Source of the DNA: an uncultured bacterium
Lineage (GTDB): Bacteria; CAZSTA01
Direction: 5' to 3'
Length of the DNA stretch: 34,649 nt
Assembly (NCBI GenBank): GCA_964609495.1
Contig: CAZSTA010000013.1
Coordinates: 1 to 34,649 of the forward strand
The stretch's first letter is position 1. Each line of letters begins with the position of its first letter. The notes below the pieces were generated by a model. That model searched no databases. It was not told where the DNA came from and saw nothing but the letters and a program-made list of their open reading frames with translations. Below are positions 27,314 to 34,649 of the stretch, piece by piece. Made by a program: the position numbers and the translations under genes.

Positions 27314-29416
27314 ATGTTGAAATATAATTATCCCCCTTACAAGGCTTCCTTTGCTATATCACTGATAATACACACTTTGATTCTACTGGCCTTCGTTCTA
27401 CTTCATACTAGCACTCCTCTTAAGGAGAACCAGGATTTTCTAGAAGTGAGCCTCGTGACTTTAGAGGGATCTTCCCCTATTGAAGAACAACCTTTGGCTA
27501 AACCAGCCGGGGCAGAGGTGGGGGTTGAGCCAAAGCAAGGGATCCCTAAGCCTCCCCAGAAGAAGGTCGTTGATACTAGAGAGGAGAAGCTCGAGTCTCA
27601 AGTCGAGGAGGAGAAAGCTGTTTTACAACCTGTCACTTCTAAAGTCTCTGAGAGTGAGATTCCAGAGGAGATCGAGAAGAAGCCTGGTAAGGAGGAACAA
27701 GTCTCCTCCTCTGCCGAGCCTAAAGAGGAGATCGTAAAAGAGAGTGAAGCTAAGCCTCTTGTGAAAACGGTAGCTAAAGCTAAGGAGAGCCAAGTAATAC
27801 CACAGCCTCCACCTAAAGAGAAGGCAAAAGAAGAAGCATCTGTTTCCATTAAACCCGAAACAGAACCAATTCCCGAGAAGAAGATTGAGGAGATCTCTCC
27901 TGAGAAGGAAACAAAAGAAACCGAAGAAAAAGTTAAGTCACCAGAGGAGATAACTCAGAAAATAGCTCTTAAACCTGATGAGGCATATACCTCTCCCATA
28001 AAAGAGGAGGTAAGAAAGGGTGAGGAGAGTAAACCTGCCTTAGAAGAATTAGGCGAGGAAGAGATCAGCTCTTCACCCGAAGAGAAGGAAATAGAATCAT
28101 ATCGGACTAAGGAGCCGAATGATAAAATAGTGGAGAAGGTAGAGGCGAATAAGGAGAAGCCTGCTTTAGACATAAACAAAATAGAGAGCCTCAAAGCCGA
28201 GGGTGAGGTTACAGAGGAAACCCCTCAAAAGGAGTTATCCGAGGAATTATTCACTGATATAGATTTTTCTCAGGAGAAGGAAGGTTTGACTATATCCGAT
28301 AAAGTGGCAAAGTTCATTCCTTCCTCGCGCATGGAGGTGAATCCCGAGGGATTCAGCAAGGATCATCCGCCTCTATCCTCAGCTCAAGAGGAGATAAATG
28401 ATATAGGCGATATCGCCTCTCGGACGGTGGAGGAGAAAGGTAAAAAGGAAGGGATAGTAGAGCAAGCTCCTTCAGGAAGAATCGATAAGGGGAAGATAAC
28501 TGATGAAAGGGGAGGTCCCTTCGAGAAGGGGACGGTTCAAGGGGCGCTCGATCGATGGCAGAAATTAGGTCCTGCCGCTGGTAGAAAGCGTTTAGCAGTT
28601 ATGATCGATAATTCTCCAGATGCGCTTCCTCAATCAGGTCTTCCTCAAGCAGATATAATATATGAGATGCCCGTAGAAGGTGGATTTACAAGGCTTATGC
28701 CCATTTATGGGGAAGAGGATATAGGTATAGTAGGGCCTATTCGGAGTGCTAGGGATTACTTTATAGAAAAGGCTCAGGAGCATAAAGCGATCTATATTCA
28801 TGCCGGGGGGAGTCCCCAAAGCCTAGCTGTGTTAAAAAGTGGTGTGGTAGAAGATATCGATGAGTTTGAGAATAAAGATGCCTTTTGGAGATCTACCCAT
28901 AGGGAAGCTCCTCACAACTTATATGCTAGCACCGAGAGTCTCAGGGAAAAAGCGATGGATCGAGGTTTCGACTCCATGGTGATATTGGAGGAAAGCCAAT
29001 TCGATGAGGAAGCGCAGTTAAAAAGCACTAAAGTCGCTAGCAGTGTTTCGATCACTTACAGCAAAGATTATAGGGTCATTTATCTATATAGTCCTAGCTC
29101 TGATAGTTATTATCGCCACGTAAACGGAAAGCCACATATTGATGCCGAGAGTAAGAAACAGTTGACCACGAAGACGGTAATCGTTCAATTCGTGAAGACA
29201 GAAGTTATAGATAGTGAGGGGCGTCTAAGACTAGCGCTAGTGGGAGAGGGAAATGGATTTGTTTTCTCTCAGGGAAAGGTTATAAGGATAAGGTGGATAA
29301 AGAAGAGTAAGGAGGAAAGAACGATCTTCGTGGGAGGTGATGGAAAGTCCATAAAATTACCCCCAGGAAAGCTATGGATCGAAGTTGTTCCCAACGGTAG
29401 GAACGTCAAGTATTAA
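27314..29416 (+). CDS. Membrane-anchored protein: TonB/TolA-like anchor, long E/K/P-rich linker, C-terminal DUF3048 (YerB-like) domain
   Basis: TM helix with SLIIH; low-complexity linker; C-terminal AVMIDN..PQSGL..ADIIYE..VEGGFTR, GPIRSAR, APHNLY. The ATG at 27314 is preferred over the TTG at 27278. Confidence 0.75.
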   Translation: MLKYNYPPYKASFAISLIIHTLILLAFVLLHTSTPLKENQDFLEVSLVTLEGSSPIEEQPLAKPAGAEVGVEPKQGIPKPPQKKVVDTREEKLESQVEEEKAVLQPVTSKVSESEIPEEIEKKPGKEEQVSSSAEPKEEIVKESEAKPLVKTVAKAKESQVIPQPPPKEKAKEEASVSIKPETEPIPEKKIEEISPEKETKETEEKVKSPEEITQKIALKPDEAYTSPIKEEVRKGEESKPALEELGEEEISSSPEEKEIESYRTKEPNDKIVEKVEANKEKPALDINKIESLKAEGEVTEETPQKELSEELFTDIDFSQEKEGLTISDKVAKFIPSSRMEVNPEGFSKDHPPLSSAQEEINDIGDIASRTVEEKGKKEGIVEQAPSGRIDKGKITDERGGPFEKGTVQGALDRWQKLGPAAGRKRLAVMIDNSPDALPQSGLPQADIIYEMPVEGGFTRLMPIYGEEDIGIVGPIRSARDYFIEKAQEHKAIYIHAGGSPQSLAVLKSGVVEDIDEFENKDAFWRSTHREAPHNLYASTESLREKAMDRGFDSMVILEESQFDEEAQLKSTKVASSVSITYSKDYRVIYLYSPSSDSYYRHVNGKPHIDAESKKQLTTKTVIVQFVKTEVIDSEGRLRLALVGEGNGFVFSQGKVIRIRWIKKSKEERTIFVGGDGKSIKLPPGKLWIEVVPNGRNVKY

Positions 29417-29432
29417 TTTCTAGGATCGAGGA

Positions 29433-30083
29433 GTGATGGAACTGAATAGTTTATGGGCTATCGCCTTTACCTCTTTTGTGGTCGGCTTTTCGGGAGCTAT
29501 GATGCCCGGCCCGGTGCTCTCTGTTACCATTAGTGAGGTATCCCGACGCGGCTTTTTAGCCGGCCCTCTGATTGTGCTAGGTCACGGGATAATAGAACTG
29601 ATCTTGGTAATAGGGTTGACTTTAGGGCTAAGCCGGATCTTGACGCAAGATCCAGTGATGGGAGTCATTGGAGTGGTAGGAGGGATCTTTCTTCTCTGGT
29701 TGGGCTTCGGAATGTGTAGAGATGTTATTAAGGGGAGGATATCGCTAGATCTGACTAAGGGGGGAAAGAAGAGCGATTTGGGACCGATCTTAGCAGGGAT
29801 CCTAACGAGTCTCTCGAATCCCTATTGGAGTCTTTGGTGGGCAACGGTGGGATTAGCTTATGTCCTTATAGCTATGAAGCTGGGGAAGATCGGTTTAGCT
29901 TTCTTTTTCACGGGGCATATTTTATCCGATCTGGTGTGGTATAGCTTAGTTGCTATGGCTCTATCACTGGGAAGAAAATTATTTAGCGATAAAATGTATA
30001 GAGGTCTCGTTGCAATCTGTGGTGTATTCCTGATCGGATTAGGCATTTACTTTGCCTACTCCGGAGTTGGTTTCATAACATAA
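29433..30083 (+). CDS. LysE-family translocator
   Basis: SGAMMPGP, SNPYW, about six TM helices. Confidence 0.88.
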   Translation: MMELNSLWAIAFTSFVVGFSGAMMPGPVLSVTISEVSRRGFLAGPLIVLGHGIIELILVIGLTLGLSRILTQDPVMGVIGVVGGIFLLWLGFGMCRDVIKGRISLDLTKGGKKSDLGPILAGILTSLSNPYWSLWWATVGLAYVLIAMKLGKIGLAFFFTGHILSDLVWYSLVAMALSLGRKLFSDKMYRGLVAICGVFLIGLGIYFAYSGVGFIT

Positions 30084-30142
30084 AAAACGGTAATTGGAAA
30101 TTTAGAGAGCGGAGAATAACAATACTGAAGAGGAGATGAATA

Positions 30143-30274
30143 ATGGCTAAAGCGGTTCGAAATATGACTCACAAAGAGGTTAGGATTAGGGAGAGAAAAA
30201 AGAGGAAGAAAGTTAGAATAGAGAAGGAGAAAAGGATAAAATTTTTAGAGGAAAAGAAAGAGAAGGAAAAGTAA
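30143..30274 (+). CDS. Small highly charged protein (43 aa), not in ORF track
   Basis: SD GAGGAG at 30130-30135; MAKAVRNMTHKEVRIRERKKRKKVRIEKEKRIKFLEEKKEKEK*; fills the gap between two plus-strand genes. Confidence 0.65.
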   Translation: MAKAVRNMTHKEVRIRERKKRKKVRIEKEKRIKFLEEKKEKEK

Positions 30275-30299
30275 CTGCGACTAGAAAGGAGGTGGCAAT

Positions 30300-30707
30300 A
30301 TGAGAAGATATCTTCTAGGAGTTCTAGCATTAGTCTTAATCTCAACCTTTGCTCTGGTTGCTAGCGCTCAGGAATGGGATCCGGGTGAGGTGTCAGTTAG
30401 TAACTACATACCACTGAGGATAAGGACTGCTCCCGGAGGGATGACCGTCCTGGAAAGAGCGGTGCTTGTTCAACAGAGGATCGTTGAGGCTTTTAGCTAT
30501 GAGGATGTGGAACCTGCCAACATCTATAGCACAGTGAGAAATGGACAGATAGTAATTATGGTAGGCAATACTATGCTTGTGACGGTCGATCAGGATACAG
30601 CCGCTGCTAATGGCACTACTCCTGAGACTTTAGCCAAAATATGGTTGGCTAACTTAAGGACAGCTTTGCCTGCGGCAAAACCAGTCCCTCTACCCTTTGC
30701 TTTCTAG
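30300..30707 (+). CDS. Hypothetical exported protein
   Basis: SD AAGGAGGT; signal peptide ending ASA; TPETLAKIWLANLR. Confidence 0.7.
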   Translation: MRRYLLGVLALVLISTFALVASAQEWDPGEVSVSNYIPLRIRTAPGGMTVLERAVLVQQRIVEAFSYEDVEPANIYSTVRNGQIVIMVGNTMLVTVDQDTAAANGTTPETLAKIWLANLRTALPAAKPVPLPFAF

Positions 30708-30723
30708 TTAATGGCGAAGATAA

Positions 30724-30755
30724 GGGTTGGGGGAAAATACATAATCCCCCGGCCC
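30724..30755 (+). terminator. Possible intrinsic terminator hairpin
   Basis: GGGTTGGGGGA...TCCCCCGGCCC (with G-U pairs) followed by TATTCTT. Confidence 0.4.
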
Positions 30756-30797
30756 TATTCTTAATAAATACCTCATAGATGAAGGAGAGTAATTCCA

Positions 30798-31604
30798 TTG
30801 CATAAACTTTGGATGCTATCACTAATACTCTTCATTGGGATATATTCCTCAGCCTATGCCGATTATAATGTTATCGCTCCTCCTTGGGAAAAGGAGACGA
30901 TCATGATATATGATATCTTAATGGGTGGGGTGGTAGTCGGTCAAGCTAATTTCCAGATCAAGCCTATCGAGCGTGAGGGAAGAGCTTTATACTCCTTCAT
31001 TAAATCTTATAAAACTACCCTGGTTGAGGATGACACTAGCTTGTTAGTTGATAGGCTTACCTTAAAGCCACTTCAAGTAAGTAAGAAGATATTTGTTAAG
31101 GGACAAAATTATGAAGTTTATGCCTCCTATCGTGACAATATAATCGAGATCCTCCTCAAGCATCCAGATCAGGAGCTTATAAAACGTCTGAATCGTCCGC
31201 AGAGCGCTTTCGATAACGACGAGGTGATCTTTGTTCTTCAATCCCTTTCGCTAAGCGATGATTTTAGCATATCCTTTACTAATGTTCAACCAGCTTCCAG
31301 CGATCTGTGGACTATTAAAGCCAAAGTAGCGGGAAGGGAAATGGTTGATGTTCCAGCAGGCGATATCGAGTGTTATCGGGTAGAGGTAAAATCTGGAAGA
31401 ATTTTCAACTTCTGGCTCTCAGTCGATAAACCTCATTATTTAGTAAAATTTGAAGCCGGAAGGCCAACGCTTCAATTAAGGAAAATGGAATATGGGGGGA
31501 ATATGATAGGATTAAATGTTGGGAGACCTCGCCTTAAAGCTAAGATGTTGAGGGAAAGTTTAGAGCAAAATATATCTTGGATATTAAGGAAAAATGAAAA
31601 ATAA
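30798..31604 (+). CDS. Exported DUF3108-like protein
   Basis: Signal peptide ending AYA; C-terminal GREMVDVPAGDIECYRV...FWLS motif. Confidence 0.6.
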   Translation: MHKLWMLSLILFIGIYSSAYADYNVIAPPWEKETIMIYDILMGGVVVGQANFQIKPIEREGRALYSFIKSYKTTLVEDDTSLLVDRLTLKPLQVSKKIFVKGQNYEVYASYRDNIIEILLKHPDQELIKRLNRPQSAFDNDEVIFVLQSLSLSDDFSISFTNVQPASSDLWTIKAKVAGREMVDVPAGDIECYRVEVKSGRIFNFWLSVDKPHYLVKFEAGRPTLQLRKMEYGGNMIGLNVGRPRLKAKMLRESLEQNISWILRKNEK

Positions 31605-31651
31605 AAGATCTTGATCACTCATTCCCCATTTCCAATTATGGGGGTTGTTTT

Positions 31652-32131
31652 ATGCGTATTGGTGTTATCTCTGACACTCATATTCCCGTTCGGGCTAAGG
31701 AGATCCCAGATCCGATTTTAGAAGCATTTAAGAAAGTCGATCTTATACTTCATGCGGGAGATCTTGAGGATTTGACCGTTCTCGAAGTGTTAGATTCCAT
31801 AGCTCCTACTATAGCAGTGCAAGGTAATATGGATGATTATAAAGTTAAGAGGACTCTGCCTAAGAAGAGGGTAATCGAGGTGGATGGCTTCAAGATAGGT
31901 TTGATTCACGGTTATGGAAGTCCCAAGGGCTTAGTTGAGAGGGTAAAAGCAGAGTTCAAAAGTGTGGACTGTATAGTTTTCGGTCACTCCCACATCCCCT
32001 ATAATCAAGAGGATGATGGTATCCTTCTCTTCAATCCGGGAAGCCCCACCGATAAGTTCTTCGCTCCTTTTAACTCTTATGGGATAATCCAGGTAGAAGA
32101 TGAGATTATTGGAGAGATCATTCAGATTTGA
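31652..32131 (+). CDS. Metallophosphoesterase, YfcE/MJ0936 family
   Basis: SDTH, HAGD, GNMD, IHG, GHSH, NPGS. Confidence 0.93.
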   Translation: MRIGVISDTHIPVRAKEIPDPILEAFKKVDLILHAGDLEDLTVLEVLDSIAPTIAVQGNMDDYKVKRTLPKKRVIEVDGFKIGLIHGYGSPKGLVERVKAEFKSVDCIVFGHSHIPYNQEDDGILLFNPGSPTDKFFAPFNSYGIIQVEDEIIGEIIQI

Positions 32132-32147
32132 AAAGGAGAGCTAACCA

Positions 32148-32975
32148 ATGTCCCTCGAAGGAGATCTAGAATATTTCCCTCTCCCAGAGATCCTACAACT
32201 TATCTCTATCGGTCGACGTAGTGGAACTCTTAAGTTAAAGCAGGACAAAGAGACCGGAGAGTTACATTTTATAGAGGGAGTAGTTGTTCACTCTTTCTGT
32301 GGTGACCTTAAAGGGGAGGAGGCAGCTTATTATCTTGCGGCCTGGCAGAGAGGCACTTTCTATTTCGAAAGCGAGACCGAGGTGGCTGAGGAGACTATGT
32401 TCATCACCGCCGAGAATCTAATGATGGAGAGCGCAAGGCGGATAGATGAGGAAAGCCGAATTCGGGAGCTGATCCCTTCTCCGGCGATGATCTTTAAGTT
32501 ATCCCCTCGCCCTAAGGATAAATTTAGCAGTATCCACTTCAAGTTGGAAGAGTGGCAGGTCTTATCTATGATCAATAGAAAACGAAGTGTTTCGGATATC
32601 GTTGAGACCTTAAAAAGAGATGAATTTGAGGTGTATAGGATCTTATATGGATTGTTGACCGCTGGTTTAATTGAGAGCGTTCAGACGGGTGAGATAGAGA
32701 GGGAGTTAGAGGTTATAACCGCCATAGGTTTTCGCTTCTCCCAAGATGAGGTGGGAATAGATGAACAGATAATATCTCAGTGGATGTCCTATGATACCTT
32801 TTCCCAAGGCATCGCTCATGTCCAAGTTAAAACTTCAAACGAACGAATATCCATATATGGGGTGAGGAAGTTGAAGGGGATCGGAAATAAGATCGCGATT
32901 CTTCCCTCTCTCCTCGTTCAATTGGGAGTGGAAGAGGGAACGAAAGTCAAAGTTCGACCGGTGGGAAGAAGATAG
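32148..32975 (+). CDS. DUF4388 (PATAN-like) domain protein with winged-helix and C-terminal beta domain
   Basis: MSLEGDL..FPLPEILQLI...SGTL...GEEA...W..GTFYF...LMMESARRIDE; EWQVLSMIN...LYGLLTAGLI. Confidence 0.8.
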   Translation: MSLEGDLEYFPLPEILQLISIGRRSGTLKLKQDKETGELHFIEGVVVHSFCGDLKGEEAAYYLAAWQRGTFYFESETEVAEETMFITAENLMMESARRIDEESRIRELIPSPAMIFKLSPRPKDKFSSIHFKLEEWQVLSMINRKRSVSDIVETLKRDEFEVYRILYGLLTAGLIESVQTGEIERELEVITAIGFRFSQDEVGIDEQIISQWMSYDTFSQGIAHVQVKTSNERISIYGVRKLKGIGNKIAILPSLLVQLGVEEGTKVKVRPVGRR

Positions 32976-32987
32976 AGAGGTGTTCCT

Positions 32988-33827
32988 TTGCCTGATATCA
33001 AACCTACTAAAGTAGAGGTCCCCGAAGATCTATGGCTGAAATGTAAAAAGTGTGGGGAATTAATATATACTAAAGAACTCGATAAGAATCTCAAGGTATG
33101 TCCTGAGTGTAATTATCACTTTCCCTTATCCTGCCGAGAACGGGTAGCGATCACCCTCGACGAAAAGAGCTTCAGGGAATATGATTGGAAGCTGTCCCCC
33201 TCCGATCCTCTGGGCTTTGTGGATCTGAAGCCTTATCCAGAAAGATTAAGAGCTTATCAAGAGAGGACAGGATTGATCGATGCTATAATCGCTGGTGAAG
33301 GAAAGATCGGGGGACATAAGGTTGCCTTGGCGGTTATAGATTCTCACTTTATGATGGGCAGTATGGGCACGGTGATGGGGGAGATTGTCACTAGAATGAT
33401 CGAGTCTGCTATATCCTCAAGACTACCAGTTATTATCATAAATGCCGGGGGCGGCGGAGCGAGAATGCAGGAGGGGATATTATCCCTTATGCAGATGGCT
33501 AAGACAAATGGGGCTGTATCCAGATTACATAAGGCCGGTTTGCTTTATATATCGGTCCTAACCGATCCCACGATGGGGGGAGTAATGGCCAGTTTTGCCT
33601 CTCAGGGAGATATCATAATCGCTGAGCCAGGAGCGCGTCTTGGCTTCTCCGGACCTCGAGTGGCAAAGATGACGATAGGGGTGACTATACCTGATGACTT
33701 CCAGAGGGCTGAGCCTATGCAAAAACGAGGCTTAATAGATATGGTAGTCCCCAGAAGAGATATCAGACCTACTCTGATCGAACTCTTGGATTTCTTCCTC
33801 AGCGAGGACGATTGGAATGGTGACTGA
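32988..33827 (+). CDS. accD: Acetyl-CoA carboxylase carboxyltransferase beta subunit
   Basis: Zn finger CKKC...[35 protein letters not shown]. Confidence 0.95.
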   Translation: MPDIKPTKVEVPEDLWLKCKKCGELIYTKELDKNLKVCPECNYHFPLSCRERVAITLDEKSFREYDWKLSPSDPLGFVDLKPYPERLRAYQERTGLIDAIIAGEGKIGGHKVALAVIDSHFMMGSMGTVMGEIVTRMIESAISSRLPVIIINAGGGGARMQEGILSLMQMAKTNGAVSRLHKAGLLYISVLTDPTMGGVMASFASQGDIIIAEPGARLGFSGPRVAKMTIGVTIPDDFQRAEPMQKRGLIDMVVPRRDIRPTLIELLDFFLSEDDWNGD

Positions 33828-34649
33828 ATTGGAGTTTGAAAAACCTATATTAGCTTTAGAGAACAAGATAGCTGAACTCAGGGATTTTATGCTTAAGGAG
33901 AATCTCGATCTATCCGAGGAGATCGATATCCTTCAGAGAAAGGCTGAAGATCTAAAGCGGGAGATCTACGCTAACCTATCTCGTTGGCAGAGAGTCCAGG
34001 TCGCCAGGCATCCCCAAAGACCCTTTAGCTTAGATTACATCGAGGCTATCTTTGATAGCTTTATCGAACTGCACGGCGATCGTCTTCTTGGAGATGACCC
34101 GGCTATAATTAGCGGTCTAGCGAAGTTGAACGGAAATTCAGTGGTAGTGGTTGGACAGCAGAAAGGGAGAGGGACTAAAGATAATCTTGCCCGTAATTTT
34201 GGGATGCTTCACCCTGAAGGATATGCTAAAGGGCTACGTTTGATGAGATCAGCGGAGAAGTTCAGGAAACCTGTAGTTTGCCTCATCGATACTCCTGGGG
34301 CTCATCCAGGGCTCGAGGCAGAGGAGCATGGACAAGGCACTGCCATCAGCCGTAACCTTATGAATATGTTCGAGATAAGGACGCCAATAGTAGTGGTGGT
34401 GATCGGAGAGGGGGGAAGCGGTGGAGCTTTGGGAATAGGAGTAGGGGATAGGATACTGATGCTGGAGAATTCTATATACTCCGTCATCTCCCCTGAGGGA
34501 TGCGCCGCAATTTTATGGAAGAACCAAGCTTACGCTAAAGAAGCTGCCGATGCCTTGAAGCTGACTGCTCAAGATCTGATGGAGCTAGGAGTTATAGATG
34601 AGATAATCCCTGAACCGATCGGAGGGGCACATCGGAATCTTAAAGGGGC
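33817..34649 (+). CDS. accA: Acetyl-CoA carboxylase carboxyltransferase alpha subunit, truncated at window edge
   Basis: Not in ORF track. M(V)TELEFEKPI..., [51 protein letters not shown]; overlaps accD end. Start is ATG 33817 or GTG 33820. Confidence 0.95.
   Translation, partial: MVTELEFEKPILALENKIAELRDFMLKENLDLSEEIDILQRKAEDLKREIYANLSRWQRVQVARHPQRPFSLDYIEAIFDSFIELHGDRLLGDDPAIISGLAKLNGNSVVVVGQQKGRGTKDNLARNFGMLHPEGYAKGLRLMRSAEKFRKPVVCLIDTPGAHPGLEAEEHGQGTAISRNLMNMFEIRTPIVVVVIGEGGSGGALGIGVGDRILMLENSIYSVISPEGCAAILWKNQAYAKEAADALKLTAQDLMELGVIDEIIPEPIGGAHRNLKG

Noticed and set aside
27410-28550. Low-complexity GAG/AAG-rich stretch as a tandem repeat
   Set aside because: No periodic unit; it reflects the Glu/Lys/Pro-rich protein linker.
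5109-34487. Other short nested or antisense ORFs in the track (e.g. 5616..5921, 8628..9158, 20011..20301, 23460..23762, 26847..27137, 34302..34487)
   Set aside because: They overlap well-supported genes and show no domain signatures.

Overview
Bacterial chromosomal window of mostly housekeeping and carbohydrate genes. I found no rRNA, tRNA, CRISPR array, transposase or integrase. Left part (minus strand): an edge-truncated four-GAF histidine kinase missing from the ORF track, a divergent ATP-PEPCK-like gene, glgA, apgM, murB and an envelope cluster (GT-C transferase, secreted protein, polysaccharide deacetylase, putative beta-barrel). Next come an ECF sigma / zf-HC2-CBM48 anti-sigma / secreted helical protein operon (+), then an amidohydrolase-HEAT fusion, comB-like, rtcA and a sugar catabolic cluster (-). 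The right part (+) has a TonB/TolA-like-anchor DUF3048 protein, LysE, an unannotated 43-aa basic ORF, secreted proteins, a phosphoesterase, a DUF4388 protein, accD and edge-truncated accA. The most striking signal is a ~45-bp palindromic repeat family (GGGAACTTTTG...CTTGAGTTTT...CAAAAGTTCCC) with five copies between 2.2 and 6.0 kb. Two copies are translated in frame inside unrelated proteins as nearly the same peptide (GTFADNKTQGSKVP in the kinase GAF1, GTFAGNKTQGSKVP at the GlgA N-terminus), and another supplies the GlgA C-terminus and stop codon. This resembles Rickettsia-palindromic-element-type coding insertions. A separate MITE-like element with REP-like hairpins lies at 17826-18026. All calls come from motif reading only; no database searches were run.
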